Shown one piece after another: positions 9,558-20,517 of a stretch of 64,000 nucleotides of DNA (position 1 is its first letter; the number at the start of each line of letters is the position of its first letter). A program made the translations under genes and the position numbers. This stretch comes from Nitrospira sp. (lineage in GTDB: Bacteria > Nitrospirota > Nitrospiria > Nitrospirales > Nitrospiraceae). The stretch is from NCBI GenBank assembly GCA_047150005.1, contig AP038806.1, positions 2,560,001-2,624,000 on the forward strand, read 5' to 3'. The notes beneath the pieces are model-generated. The model was not told the DNA's origin and did no database searches. It saw nothing but the letters and a program-made list of their open reading frames with translations.

Positions 9558-9995
9558 CTAGTGGCGGCAGTGGGAACAGAGCCCGTATAGCTCGAGCCGG
9601 TGGGTCTGGATCGTAAACCCGTTCTTCGCTGCGACCTCTTCCTGGAGTCGCTCTATTTCGCAGTTTTCGAACTCGATGATCTTTCCGCACCCGGTGCAAA
9701 TAAGATGATCGTGATGACCCTTATGCGAAATGTTGTCGTATTGAGTTTGAGAGCCGAAGTGTCGGGCCTGCGCAAGTCCGGCATCGCAAAAGAGATTTAA
9801 GGTCCGATAGATGGTAGCCAATCCGAGATGCGGATCCGTCTTTGCCAGTTGATGGTACATCGCCTCGGCCGTAATGTGCTCCTGTCGCAAAAAGGCGCCC
9901 AGAATGAGCTCTCGCTGGCGTGTAAACTTCAACTGGTGTCTCGCCAGATGCTCCTTAAGCGTCTCCATTTCTTTCGCGTTCTTCCCTGATGCCAT
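9558..9995 (-). CDS. fur: Fur-family metalloregulator
   Basis: TRQRELIL, ATIYRTL, HHDHLICTGCG, C-terminal CxxC. Confidence 0.95.
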   Translation of the reverse strand: MASGKNAKEMETLKEHLARHQLKFTRQRELILGAFLRQEHITAEAMYHQLAKTDPHLGLATIYRTLNLFCDAGLAQARHFGSQTQYDNISHKGHHDHLICTGCGKIIEFENCEIERLQEEVAAKNGFTIQTHRLELYGLCSHCRH

Positions 9996-10129
9996 AACAG
10001 ATATGCCTCCGAGGGAACAAACATTAGAAACGAAATCATGAGGCTGGGTCAAGAGGGTTGCAATTGACGGGTTTGAGGTCCGCTGATTATAGTCGTGGGC
10101 GGTTTTGTGATGCGCGGGGAATAGCAACG

Positions 10130-10690
10130 ATGCGTCAGCCTCATCAGATTGCAGTTGATCGCGCCTTATTGCTGTATGTGCTGCAGTGCGCTGAGCCCCA
10201 CGGTCTCCTCAGCGATGTCAAACTTCAGCAGCTCTGCTTCCTATGTGAGCTGCAAATGTTCGGGAAGGGGTACAAAGGATTTCATTTCGAGTTTTTCCGC
10301 TTTGCCTACGGGGCGTTCAGCAAGGATTTGGACAACGACCTGATGTCCCTCCGCAGACGGGAGCGGGTGGAGAACTTTACACTCACCGAACAAGCCGGAG
10401 AAGCGATTGCACAACTGGAAAAGGCGGTTGCGGGAGTGGAAACCAATGAGAAGATCGTCGAAATTCTCAAGGCGGTGGTTGCGACCTACGGCGGTCATGA
10501 CAGCGGGGCCATCACCAACTCGGTGGAGTCCGTGGAGTTGAGCACCCCGCAGGATCCTGAATTCAGGATTCCGATCCGGGACATCGTGTTCCATACCACG
10601 CTGCTCGTGCCGTCTCGGATCGAGGTGCAAAACGAGTTCCAACTCCCTCCAAGCATCTTGGCTAAAATCAACCATGCCATGGGATACTAG
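10130..10690 (+). CDS. Panacea (DUF4065/SocA-like) domain protein
   Basis: KLQQLCFL...FEFFRFAYGAFSKDL resembles the Panacea KLQKLLY...F.a..YGP pattern. Confidence 0.6.
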   Translation: MRQPHQIAVDRALLLYVLQCAEPHGLLSDVKLQQLCFLCELQMFGKGYKGFHFEFFRFAYGAFSKDLDNDLMSLRRRERVENFTLTEQAGEAIAQLEKAVAGVETNEKIVEILKAVVATYGGHDSGAITNSVESVELSTPQDPEFRIPIRDIVFHTTLLVPSRIEVQNEFQLPPSILAKINHAMGY

Positions 10691-10753
10691 TCGATTGTGC
10701 TGAGCTGTCAGTGCTGTGTGTCGAGGCGAAAATCGAATTGGCCGATCGACCGG

Positions 10754-12286
10754 CTACAGGCGGTACAGTTCGCTGTACTTTCGCTCGATGTATTGGAGAT
10801 AGGGTTCCGGTGTCAGGCTCACGCCGGTGACCCGTTGCGCCAATCGCTCGGGGGTGAACATCCGCCCCCAGCGGTGTATTTTTTGGCCTAACCACCGCCG
10901 CAAGATCAGTAATTGCCCGGCCGCAATTTCGTCTTCCAGGTGGGGAATCTCCATGCGCGCTTGGTCGTAAAACTGCACGGCATAGAGATTTCCGAGCGTG
11001 TAGGTAGGAAAATATCCAAATGCTCCCAAGGACCAATGGACGTCCTGGAGCACGCCTTCGGCATCAGTCTGCGGGACAATATCCAGATATTCCTTCATCT
11101 TCAGGTTCCAAAGTTCCGGAAGTTCCTCGGCTTTGACGCGACCTTCGATGAGGCCTTGCTCGATTTCGACGCGCAACATAATGTGGAGATTGTACGTCAG
11201 CTCATCGGCCTCGACCCGAATGTAGGAGGGTTTGACCCGATTCACCGCGGCGTAGAAATGATCGAGGTCGATGGACTGCAATTGGTGATGAAACGTCTGC
11301 TGCAAGATCGGATAGAAGAACCGCCAGAACGCCCTGGAGCGGCCTACACAGTTCTCCCACATGCGGGATTGGCTTTCGTGAATCCCGAGCGAAACGGAGT
11401 CTCCGAGCGGAGTTCCATAATGGGCTGGATCCAGTCCCTGATCGTACAGCCCATGGCCGCCCTCATGGATGCAACTGAACAGGCAGGACGTGAGGTCGTG
11501 TTCATGGACCCGGGTGGTGACCCGCACGTCCGTGGGGTGAAACGACGTGGTGAACGGGTGAGCCGACAGATCGAGTCTGCCTCTCTCGAAATCGTATCCC
11601 ATGGCGATGAGAACCAGGCGGCCGAATTCGAGTTGTCTCGCCGAATCATAGGCGTGAAACAGGATGCTGTCATCGACCCGCACCGAACTGTTCTGGATTT
11701 TTCGGAGCAGGGGAACCAGTCTGGCCTTCAGTTGCGCAAACAACGGCCGCAATCCGGCGATCGTTGCCTCAGGTTCATAGTAATCCAATAACGCATTGTA
11801 GGGAGAGTCCGTATAGCCCAAGTAGTGAGCCTCCTCGCGCTTGAGGGTCAGCACCGTGTCGAGGTTCGGCAGGAAATCGACAAAGGCATTTCCTTCCCGC
11901 GCTTCCGCCCAAACTTGTTGAGCGAGGGAACATTCACGGCTGAGCTTGACGACGAAATCCGACGGGAGCTTTTTCGCCCGGCTGAAGTCTCTCCAGACTT
12001 CACGGAGAAGAGATTGTGCCGACTCGTCCCATAGCTCACCGTCCAGATCAAGGGGACGGCCGGTTACGAGATCGACGGCGGCACCCAAGAGGCTCTCTGT
12101 CTTATCCGAGACGAATTGTCTGTGAGCGATCCCTTGGAGCGTCGCGATCTGCTCGGCACGAGCGGAGCCTCCACCCGCCGGCATGTGGGTTTCCTGATCC
12201 CAGGACAGCACGGATGCGGCGCTGTTGATGCGCTGAATCTCGACCAATCGATTTGTGAGATTCTCCAGAGTCGCCAGCGTCTTCAC
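10754..12286 (-). CDS. Carboxypeptidase Taq, peptidase M32
   Basis: HPF, HEGGH, HESQS, IRVEADELTY, QDVHW and GYFPTY motifs. Confidence 0.95.
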   Translation of the reverse strand: MKTLATLENLTNRLVEIQRINSAASVLSWDQETHMPAGGGSARAEQIATLQGIAHRQFVSDKTESLLGAAVDLVTGRPLDLDGELWDESAQSLLREVWRDFSRAKKLPSDFVVKLSRECSLAQQVWAEAREGNAFVDFLPNLDTVLTLKREEAHYLGYTDSPYNALLDYYEPEATIAGLRPLFAQLKARLVPLLRKIQNSSVRVDDSILFHAYDSARQLEFGRLVLIAMGYDFERGRLDLSAHPFTTSFHPTDVRVTTRVHEHDLTSCLFSCIHEGGHGLYDQGLDPAHYGTPLGDSVSLGIHESQSRMWENCVGRSRAFWRFFYPILQQTFHHQLQSIDLDHFYAAVNRVKPSYIRVEADELTYNLHIMLRVEIEQGLIEGRVKAEELPELWNLKMKEYLDIVPQTDAEGVLQDVHWSLGAFGYFPTYTLGNLYAVQFYDQARMEIPHLEDEIAAGQLLILRRWLGQKIHRWGRMFTPERLAQRVTGVSLTPEPYLQYIERKYSELYRL

Positions 12287-12389
12287 GTCATATATCTCCC
12301 GCGCGACACAGCGTGATAAGATCCCGCGTGCAAAGCCGTGCGTAGTGTACGCTCGATCGCGTCGTTTTTAAACCTCAAGGATCGCTGCC

Positions 12390-13031
12390 ATGAACCAACT
12401 TGTTGCCGCTGAGATCGAAACGTATTCAGAAGCCCATTCCATGCCCGAATCGGCGGTCTGCCGAGCGCTCAGGGAGGAAACCCACCGCACGATGGAGCAT
12501 CCGCAAATGCTGGTGAGCCCCCTTGAAGGGGCGTTCTTGAAAATGATGACTCGTCTCGTCGGAGCGAAGCGGGTATTGGAGATCGGCATGTTCACCGGCT
12601 ACAGTGCTCTGTGCTTCGCCGAGGCGCTTCCTTCAGACGGAACGGTGGTGACATGTGAAATTGATGAGGGGCCTGCCGATCTCGCGCACCGATATTTCTC
12701 GAGGTCGCCGGACGGGAGAAAGATCTCTGTCCGGATGGGGCCGGCGCTCGACACCATGCGCGACCTGACCGGACCGTTCGATCTGATTTTTATCGACGCG
12801 GACAAGCCCAACTATGTGCGGTACTACCGGCGTGCGCTCGATCTGATTGCACCGGGAGGGGTGATCTTGGTGGACAACGTGCTCTGGAACGGCGATGTGC
12901 TGAAGCAGCCGGCGCCTGATGAAAAAACTGCCACCATCCAGGAGTTGAATCGGATCGTTGCCGCTGATCCTGGCGTCTCCGCGGTCCTTCTCCCTGTGCG
13001 AGACGGCGTATTCGTCATCCGACCGAAATAG
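12390..13031 (+). CDS. SAM-dependent O-methyltransferase (caffeoyl-CoA type)
   Basis: LEIGMFTGYS, FIDADK, DNVLW. Confidence 0.92.
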   Translation: MNQLVAAEIETYSEAHSMPESAVCRALREETHRTMEHPQMLVSPLEGAFLKMMTRLVGAKRVLEIGMFTGYSALCFAEALPSDGTVVTCEIDEGPADLAHRYFSRSPDGRKISVRMGPALDTMRDLTGPFDLIFIDADKPNYVRYYRRALDLIAPGGVILVDNVLWNGDVLKQPAPDEKTATIQELNRIVAADPGVSAVLLPVRDGVFVIRPK

Positions 13032-13124
13032 GGCTCAGAGGCAGGACAGTGCGCATCCGGAGCTTCGTGCCATTAGGTGTTCGGAATCCGAGAGCCGTAC
13101 TCCGCCCTCTTCGGTGCCGCTTGG

Positions 13125-13439
13125 CTACGAACTCAACTTGAGCCCGACAATCCCTGCAATGATGAATCCGATGCTAAACAATCGCATCAGATCGCGGGAC
13201 TCATCGAACAGCAACATCCCCATGACCGCCGTGCCCGCTGCCCCTATGCCGGTCCAAACGGCATAGCCAGTTCCGATGGGAATAGTCCTCAGGGCAAAGG
13301 CAAGGCACCATAGACTGACGATCATGGCCAAGGCCGTCCAGAGGCTTGGCCACAACCTGGTGAAGCCCTCGGTATACTTCATGCCCACGGCCCACGTGAT
13401 TTCAAAGAGTCCGGCAATGACGAGGTACACCCATGCCAT
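13125..13439 (-). CDS. sugE: SMR exporter, SugE/Gdx type
   Basis: [45 protein letters not shown]. Confidence 0.9.
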   Translation of the reverse strand: MAWVYLVIAGLFEITWAVGMKYTEGFTRLWPSLWTALAMIVSLWCLAFALRTIPIGTGYAVWTGIGAAGTAVMGMLLFDESRDLMRLFSIGFIIAGIVGLKLSS

Positions 13440-13506
13440 GGCAGTTTCCTTCCGTCGATGTGGGAGCTGAGTTCGGAACGTCACGGCCGGAGATCCGGCA
13501 GAACTC

Positions 13507-16500
13507 TCAGGCGCCGTTGACCGGTCCCTCTCGTCCACGGTGCGGGAGAGCGCCGGTGTGCATGGATGATTCCATGCCGTCTATGAGCTCACGAGGCGCG
13601 ACGGCTTCGCCGGTCTGGGCCGAGCGCCCCGCGTATGCGGCAGCACGTCCCTCGACCCACCGATACAGCACGGGAAGCACGACCAAGGTCAGCAAGGTCG
13701 AGCTTACCAATCCACCGATCACGACAATCGCCAAGGGCCGCTGAACCTCAGAGCCGATTCCTTGCGCGAATGCCAATGGACTCAGGCCGAGCAGGGCTAC
13801 CAACGCGGTCATCAGCACCGGTCGCAGGCGGAGCACGCTTCCCGTGAAGACGGCCTCGTCGAGGCTATGACCGTCGTCGCGCAGCTTGTTCATGCAGGAT
13901 ACGAGGACGATGCCGTTCAAAACGGCCACGCCGAACAGATTGATAAATCCGACGGAGGCAGGCACGCTGAGATACTCGCCGGTCAGCCAGAGGGCGACCA
14001 CTCCACCGATCAGGGCAAACGGCAGATTGAGGATGATGAGGGTCGCCTGGCGCAATGAATTGAACATGGAATACAGCAGCAGAAAAATCAGGCCGATCGT
14101 CATTGGAACGATAATGCGCAGTCGAGCCATGGCCCGTTCCATGTTTTCGAACGAACCGCCCCACGTGACCAGATACCCGGGAGGGAGCGTCACTGCGGAC
14201 GAAATCTTCTGTTGGGCCTCCGCGACCAGACTGCCGATATCCCGCCCCAACGTATTGAAGCCGATCGACACGTATCGCTGAAGGCGTTCGCGGCTGATGC
14301 GGCCAGGCCCTTCTTCCAACTTGATGGTACCAAGGTCCGCCAAGGGGATCAGTCCTCCCGACCCGTCGGTGAGCAGAATATTGCTGATTCGTTCCACGCT
14401 GTCGCGATACTGTTCCGGAAATCGGACGAACAGATCAAACCATTGTTGGCCTTCATATACTCTGGTTGCGGCGCGGCCTCCGATCGCCGTGGTGATGATC
14501 TCCCGCACGTCGGCGACGTTGATGCCGTGACGGGCGATCTTGGTCCGGTCGATGTCGATGGTGAGGTACGGCTGTCCGAATAACTGTTCTACCTTGATGT
14601 CGCTGACGCCGCGGACGGTTCCAAGGACGCCGGCGATTTCGTCCGCCTTACTCCGCAGGATTTCCAGATCATCGCCGAATAGTTTGACCGTCGCTTCCGT
14701 CCGCACTCCAGAGATCAGTTCATCCACCCGCTGCTGAATGGGCTGACTGATGAGGAAAGTCGCGCCGGGAATGCGGGTCAGTCGTTCCCGGAACTTCTGC
14801 ATCAGTTCGGGCATCGTCCGGGCCGTCGTCCACTGCTCCAACGGGCGCAGGCGGACCACCGGATCGCTCTCGTTGGGCTCTTGAGGATCGTTGCCCAACT
14901 CTGTCCGTCCGATTTTGGACACCACCATCTCCACTTCCGGGAACTCCATCAGCGCTTGCTGCATGTGTTTCTCGATCTCGATGGAGGCCGGCAGGGACAC
15001 GCTCGGCAGACGAATCGTCTGCGGGGCGATGCTGCCTTCATTCATGATCGGGATGAATTCGCTTCCGAGAAACGGGAACAGCGCCAGGCCGCACACCAAG
15101 GAGCCGACGGCTGCGGCCATGACGGCCGAGCTATGCCCGAGCGCCCATCGGAGCGCCGGGGTATACAGACGCTTGGCCTTCCTGACGATCCACGGATCTT
15201 CTTCGCTCCCGCTTTTCAGCATCAGGGAGCACAAAGTAGGCGACAGCGTCAGGGACAATAAGAGCGAAATCAACAGGGCGATCATGATGGTGTACGCCAG
15301 CGGCTTGAACATCTTCCCTTCCATTCCCTGAAGGGAGAGGACAGGAAGGAAGACCAGAATAATGATCAGGATGCCGAACACGACCGGCTGGCCCACCTCT
15401 TTCACAGCCGTCATCAGGAGATCGCGCCGTGGCATCGCGACAGCGGAGTGAGTCGAAAGGTGGCGATAGACGTTTTCCACCACGACGACGGAGCCGTCCA
15501 CGATCATCCCGATGGCGATGGCCAGCCCTCCCAGCGACATGAGGTTGGCCGTCAAGCCGACCTGACCCATCACGATGAACGTGGCCAAGGGCGCCAGCAC
15601 CAATGTACTGACGACGATGAATGCGCTCCGGATATTGCCCAAGAACAGAAACAGAATGATGACGACCAGCACCACGCCTTCCGCGAGCGATTTGTAAACC
15701 GTGCTCAGTGCGGCGGTGATCAGCTCGATCCGGTCGTAAAACGGCATGATACGAAGCCCGTCAGGCAGGAGATCGCGCGCATGGATATCGTCGATGCGAG
15801 CCTTGATGCCTTGCACCACGTCGCGCGCATTCCCGCCGCGGAGCATCAGGACGATGCCGGTCACCACTTCCCGCTCTCCGTTCCATACCGTTGCGCCGTG
15901 CCGCACGGCGTGATCGACGAGTACCTGTGCGACGTCTCCGATGAAGACCGGTGTGCCTCCGGTTTCTTTGACGACGATGCGCTCGATGTCCTCGATCGTG
16001 CGGATGAGCCCCACGCCCCGGACGATGTACTTTTCCGCATGCTTTTCCAATATATTGCCGCCGGCATTGGCGTTATTGCTGGCGACGGCATCGAAGACCT
16101 CATGCAACGTGAGGTTGTATTTCCTGAGCATGGCGGGTTCGACCAAGACCTGGTACTGCTTGACGTACCCACCCATCGAATTGACGTCGATGACCTCCGG
16201 TGTGCCCTTCAACAGCGGCCGAATGATCCAGTCTTGCACGGTCCGCTGCGCGATCAGGTTCTGATGACGTTCCTCTTCGCTCTGGACGTATGTACGAGGA
16301 GGCTCTTGGAGGTAGTACTGGAAGACCTCGCCGAGCCCGGTGCTGTTCGGCACCAGCATGGGTTCGGCGCCGAGCGGTAGCGTCTCCTTGACTTCGATCA
16401 GGCGTTCGAGAACCAACTGGCGGGCGAGGTTGATGTCCATATCGTCGTCGAACACGATAGTGACGAGAGACAGTCCCACCTTGGTCAGCGACCGCATCTC

Positions 16501-16740
16501 CGTCAACGACGGAACCCCTGTCAGCTGCAATTCGATGGGGTACGTGACCAGTCGTTCGACTTCAGCAGGGGAGAGTCCCGGCGCCTTCGTGACCACTTGC
16601 ACGAGAACACTGGTGACGTCGGGAAACGCGTCGATGGGGATCGTCCTGAACGCGAAAATGCCGCCGATTCCCACCACGATCGCGAAGATCACGATGAGAA
16701 GCCGTTGGCGAAGGGAGATGTCGAGAAGCCGAGCGACCAT
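13507..16740 (-). CDS. CusA/CzcA heavy-metal RND permease
   Basis: [51 protein letters not shown]. Confidence 0.95.
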   Translation of the reverse strand: MVARLLDISLRQRLLIVIFAIVVGIGGIFAFRTIPIDAFPDVTSVLVQVVTKAPGLSPAEVERLVTYPIELQLTGVPSLTEMRSLTKVGLSLVTIVFDDDMDINLARQLVLERLIEVKETLPLGAEPMLVPNSTGLGEVFQYYLQEPPRTYVQSEEERHQNLIAQRTVQDWIIRPLLKGTPEVIDVNSMGGYVKQYQVLVEPAMLRKYNLTLHEVFDAVASNNANAGGNILEKHAEKYIVRGVGLIRTIEDIERIVVKETGGTPVFIGDVAQVLVDHAVRHGATVWNGEREVVTGIVLMLRGGNARDVVQGIKARIDDIHARDLLPDGLRIMPFYDRIELITAALSTVYKSLAEGVVLVVIILFLFLGNIRSAFIVVSTLVLAPLATFIVMGQVGLTANLMSLGGLAIAIGMIVDGSVVVVENVYRHLSTHSAVAMPRRDLLMTAVKEVGQPVVFGILIIILVFLPVLSLQGMEGKMFKPLAYTIMIALLISLLLSLTLSPTLCSLMLKSGSEEDPWIVRKAKRLYTPALRWALGHSSAVMAAAVGSLVCGLALFPFLGSEFIPIMNEGSIAPQTIRLPSVSLPASIEIEKHMQQALMEFPEVEMVVSKIGRTELGNDPQEPNESDPVVRLRPLEQWTTARTMPELMQKFRERLTRIPGATFLISQPIQQRVDELISGVRTEATVKLFGDDLEILRSKADEIAGVLGTVRGVSDIKVEQLFGQPYLTIDIDRTKIARHGINVADVREIITTAIGGRAATRVYEGQQWFDLFVRFPEQYRDSVERISNILLTDGSGGLIPLADLGTIKLEEGPGRISRERLQRYVSIGFNTLGRDIGSLVAEAQQKISSAVTLPPGYLVTWGGSFENMERAMARLRIIVPMTIGLIFLLLYSMFNSLRQATLIILNLPFALIGGVVALWLTGEYLSVPASVGFINLFGVAVLNGIVLVSCMNKLRDDGHSLDEAVFTGSVLRLRPVLMTALVALLGLSPLAFAQGIGSEVQRPLAIVVIGGLVSSTLLTLVVLPVLYRWVEGRAAAYAGRSAQTGEAVAPRELIDGMESSMHTGALPHRGREGPVNGA

Positions 16741-17966
16741 CAGACCTGCTTCTTGAGGAGCTCGGACTTCAGGACGAACGCGCCTTGCGTGACGACCGGA
16801 TCGCCCTCGCTCAGGCCGCCGAGAATCGTGGTGAGCGCGCCGTTAGATTCTCCGATCTGGACATCGCGAGCTTCGTATTCGTTTTCATTGCGCCGCACGA
16901 AGACGAACGTCCGATCGTGATCCCGCTGCAAGGCGGATTCCGGCAGGGCCAACCTATCCGGCTGTGGTTCCGAATAGAGGCGAATCGTCGCGAACATCTC
17001 GGGTTTCAGCCGGCCTTCGGGGTTGGGCAGTTCGAGTCGAAGTTGCATAGTCCGCGTCGCCGGATCCAATACGTCGCCGACATAGGTGATGGTGCCTTTG
17101 AAGACTTCATTTGGATAGGCGTTGACGCGCACGTCTGCCTGCGTCCCCCCCGATGCATGCACCACATGTACGAAGGGAATGTCCTTTTCGGGAATGTTCG
17201 CACGGACCCACACTTCCGACAGGTCGGCTACCACAAAGAGCTTCTCGGTGGTTTCGACGACTTCCCCTCGGGTCAGGTTGCGTCCGATAATTCGTCCCGC
17301 GAACGGGGCTACGATCGGGACATGGGAGCGAATGGTTCGCGTCTGATCGAGACGGCGAAATTCCTCGTCGTTCATGCCGAGCAGTTTGAGGTGGTCCCGC
17401 GCTTCGTGCGCTTCGGCCTGCATGCTGAGCAGTTCGGCTTTGCGTCGCTGTGCCTCTGCCTCGCCGATCACTTTCTCTTGTAGGAGAAACTTCGCTCGGG
17501 CATAGGCTTGTTCGGCCACGTGGAGTTTGGCTTGTGATTTCAGATAGGCGGACTGAGCCAGCCCTAGTTCGCTGCTGTACAAGATGGCGAGCAGGGCGTT
17601 GGCTTCGACCTGCTGGCCGAGGTCCGTATAGACGTCGACGACACGGCCCCGAACGAGCGTGGTAATGTCGGCCACAGCCCGCTGGTTGGGCTGCACGATG
17701 GCCGGGAAGTCCCGGTGGGTTCGAAACTCGCTGCGAGCGACCGGTTGGACGACCAGACCGACCCGCGAGGAATCCTCCGGAGACAGGACCACAACCCCCG
17801 CGGCCTGGCCGACGGGCGGTTTCAACCTGACCGCGTCGCTCGGCGTGCTGTCGCAACCAGTGGACGAAACCGCCAGGCCTGCGAGTACCCAGCCGAGCAA
17901 AGGGAAAAAGCCATGCAGGGGTTGAGCGCGCATGTCAGCCAGTTGTTCCGATTCAGTTGATATCAT
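16740..17966 (-). CDS. RND membrane fusion protein (CzcB-like)
   Basis: Lipoyl/hairpin pattern; ADLSEVWV, LKPEMF. Confidence 0.92.
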   Translation of the reverse strand: MISTESEQLADMRAQPLHGFFPLLGWVLAGLAVSSTGCDSTPSDAVRLKPPVGQAAGVVVLSPEDSSRVGLVVQPVARSEFRTHRDFPAIVQPNQRAVADITTLVRGRVVDVYTDLGQQVEANALLAILYSSELGLAQSAYLKSQAKLHVAEQAYARAKFLLQEKVIGEAEAQRRKAELLSMQAEAHEARDHLKLLGMNDEEFRRLDQTRTIRSHVPIVAPFAGRIIGRNLTRGEVVETTEKLFVVADLSEVWVRANIPEKDIPFVHVVHASGGTQADVRVNAYPNEVFKGTITYVGDVLDPATRTMQLRLELPNPEGRLKPEMFATIRLYSEPQPDRLALPESALQRDHDRTFVFVRRNENEYEARDVQIGESNGALTTILGGLSEGDPVVTQGAFVLKSELLKKQV

Positions 17967-19249
17967 AGCGCTCCACCGACCGCCCGCTCAAGCCGTGCCA
18001 GAGAGACCGACAATTCATACCGGGCTTGGGCATAATCCATCTGGATCTGCCGTTGGACACGCTGGGCGTCGAAGACCTCCAAGAGGCTGGAGGCGCCCTG
18101 CTGAAAACTGAACTGAGCCAGCCGGAGGGCTTCCTGAGCCTGTTTCAGGAGACCCTTGTCGAATACATCGATGAGCTCGGCCGTTGTACTGGCATCCTGA
18201 TAGTGCTGATGGACCGCTCGGGCCAGTTCGTTGCGCGCGCGCAATAATTCAGCCTCCTCTCGCCGCTTGGTACCCAGTGATGCCGCGATCTCTCCCTGGC
18301 GTTGGTACCATACCGGGACCGGAACGGACAGGCCGCCTTGCACGGCTTCGCGGCCGATCTCGCGCCAATAACTTCCATTGACGGTGACGTGGGGGACTCT
18401 CGACTGCCGCTCGAACTCGATCCGCCAATCCGATTGCTCGACAGATTGCAGCAGGCGCTGAATGGTCGGGTGCTCTTGAGCCATACGGACCATGAGCTTA
18501 TCGATACGCAATTCCTTGGACATGTTCAGGAAGTCGCCTTGAACCATGTACGAGGGACCGAGCCCACCACCGGTGAGGGTGTCCACGACCACCCGATTCA
18601 CCCGCACCACATTCTCGGCGCGAACGACGAGCTGCTTGGCTTTTAAGGTTTCCACCTCCGCTTTGATCAATTCGAATTGCGGCGCTTCTCCCGACTTGAC
18701 CCTCGCCTTGACGATCTTGCCGACCCCTTCGACAATCTCAAGGTTCTGCCGGGCCAGCGCTGCGTCCTGCTGGGCAAGCAACAGATCATAAAACGCGACT
18801 TTGACCTGTGTGGTCAAATTCAATCGTGTTTCGGACATGCCCGCGTTCGCCGTGGCCAGCCCTGCGTCTGCAACCCGTTTGCGGGCGGAGCGCATGGCCG
18901 GCCATTCCACTGGCTGTCCCACGATGAAGTTGTATTCGACGATCGACTCACGATTGAGCGAGTCCCGAATATCGGCGCGCCCGGTATCGCGTATTTCACC
19001 GTAGCCCGCGTTCCCGAGGACGGTCGGATTGGGATACGCTCCCGCCACTGTCTGCTGGCCCCGCTGGTGCTCGATGTGCCCCTCGGCGGAAGACACCACG
19101 GGGTTTCTGGCAAGCGCCATCTCGATAATGGTGCCGAGCTGGTAGACCGGCGCTCCTGACAATTCGGCTGCTTGGGATTGAGGGGGCATGGCGCCGATCT
19201 GGAGTGCTGCGGTCAGGCAGATGAGCAAAGAAAGCCGTCTGTGTGTCAT
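17963..19249 (-). CDS. TolC/CzcC outer-membrane factor
   Basis: Signal peptide; YPNP and GASSLLEVFDAQR motifs. Confidence 0.9.
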   Translation of the reverse strand: MTHRRLSLLICLTAALQIGAMPPQSQAAELSGAPVYQLGTIIEMALARNPVVSSAEGHIEHQRGQQTVAGAYPNPTVLGNAGYGEIRDTGRADIRDSLNRESIVEYNFIVGQPVEWPAMRSARKRVADAGLATANAGMSETRLNLTTQVKVAFYDLLLAQQDAALARQNLEIVEGVGKIVKARVKSGEAPQFELIKAEVETLKAKQLVVRAENVVRVNRVVVDTLTGGGLGPSYMVQGDFLNMSKELRIDKLMVRMAQEHPTIQRLLQSVEQSDWRIEFERQSRVPHVTVNGSYWREIGREAVQGGLSVPVPVWYQRQGEIAASLGTKRREEAELLRARNELARAVHQHYQDASTTAELIDVFDKGLLKQAQEALRLAQFSFQQGASSLLEVFDAQRVQRQIQMDYAQARYELSVSLARLERAVGGAL

Positions 19250-19385
19250 AGTCCTCCCCCTTTTGACCGGGTGTTCGTCCTGAGGCTACGCGAGTTCAGA
19301 CCGATGTGGCAAGTTGCGCATACCACGCCGTCGCCACATGGTCCAGCGAGAGTTGGCGAGCAATTGAGTGCGGCGCGGCCTGCGC

Positions 19386-19856
19386 CTAATCCTTTCCCTC
19401 GAAGAATACGCTCAAGCACTTGCGCCGAAACAGCTCAGAGTCGAAAGGTTTGACGATGTACTCCGTCGCTCCGACATTCATGGCTTGTCGAAGATTCGCC
19501 ACGTGCATGGAGTCCGCCATGACCACAACGGGGATCGACGGGAAGCGGGAGCGCACCTCTCGGAGGACCGCCAATCCATCGAGCCCCGGCAGATACAGTT
19601 CAATGAGCAACCCGTGAAACGGGTTTGTTGGCTGATCGTTGGCGATGCGTGACAACCCCGAGGCGCCGTCCGCTTCTGCGGTCACATCAAAGCCGAGGGC
19701 GCCGAGTCGATCCCGGATAATCCCGCGGACATCGTCATCGCCATCGATCACGAGTATGCGCCGTGCGGCAGCCTTCTTTGCGGAAGGCACAGCAGCCGAA
19801 GATCCAGCCGCGGAGGATGAAGGGTCAGTATTCACCGCTTCCACCTTCGCGTGCAC
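19386..19856 (-). CDS. Stand-alone receiver domain, atypical (Glu at the phospho-Asp site)
   Basis: RILVIDGDD...LLIELYLPGLDG...YIVKPF. Confidence 0.75.
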   Translation of the reverse strand: MHAKVEAVNTDPSSSAAGSSAAVPSAKKAAARRILVIDGDDDVRGIIRDRLGALGFDVTAEADGASGLSRIANDQPTNPFHGLLIELYLPGLDGLAVLREVRSRFPSIPVVVMADSMHVANLRQAMNVGATEYIVKPFDSELFRRKCLSVFFEGKD

Positions 19857-19909
19857 AGGGCAGGCCTATTGAGTTGCGGAGCGTTGCAATTAGGACCCAA
19901 CCCATTGTC

Positions 19910-20359
19910 CTAGCAGGCTCCGTATTGCGCCAACGTCTGACCTCGCGGGGAATCCGGAGGAGGGAAGTCCGATATGATGTATGGCTCCCGGCGCCAGATG
20001 TACTGTACGACGGCTGGGATAGAGGAAAGCAGCGAGCGGGCTGTATCGTTGATAAGGTACCCCGAAGCTCCGGCTGCAAATGCTGCGGCCATCGTGTCGG
20101 GATCTCCGCACGAGCTATAGAAGATGACCCGACAGTCAGGTAAGAACTCATGAATTTCCCGCGCTGCGGCAATTCCGTTCAAGATCGGCATCTCAACATT
20201 CGTCAGAAACACGTCAGGACGAAGGCTTCTGGCGGCTTCGATGGCGGTCAATCCGTTCTCCACCGCCCCGACGATGTCGTACTCCGCCTCCAATCGAAGC
20301 CGGAGCATAGCAGCCGTCTGGGCCTGATCGTCGGCCAGTAGGATCCGCACGCGTCCCAT
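19910..20359 (-). CDS. Stand-alone receiver domain, atypical (Asn at the phospho-Asp site)
   Basis: RILLADD...PDVFLTNVEMPILNG...GYLIND. Confidence 0.75.
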   Translation of the reverse strand: MGRVRILLADDQAQTAAMLRLRLEAEYDIVGAVENGLTAIEAARSLRPDVFLTNVEMPILNGIAAAREIHEFLPDCRVIFYSSCGDPDTMAAAFAAGASGYLINDTARSLLSSIPAVVQYIWRREPYIISDFPPPDSPRGQTLAQYGAC

Positions 20360-20517
20360 GACTACCTCGTCATCTGAAGTGCCGGCACCGTGCACGACTC
20401 TCCGCAAAAGAGTCTATCCGATGCGCCGTTCAGACGGGAGCGGGATGTTACCGGAGCCTGTCTGGAAAACTACCGGCTTCAGCGGCGAGAATTACGAGAG
20501 AACGGTTCGGCACGTGA

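Noticed and set aside
13440..13560. Possible guanidine riboswitch before sugE (GGACGAG, CCGGTCA, ACGGCGC words on the minus strand)
   Set aside because: Element order does not fit guanidine-III, there are no twin ACGR hairpins, and it mostly lies in the RND coding tail; needs an Rfam scan.
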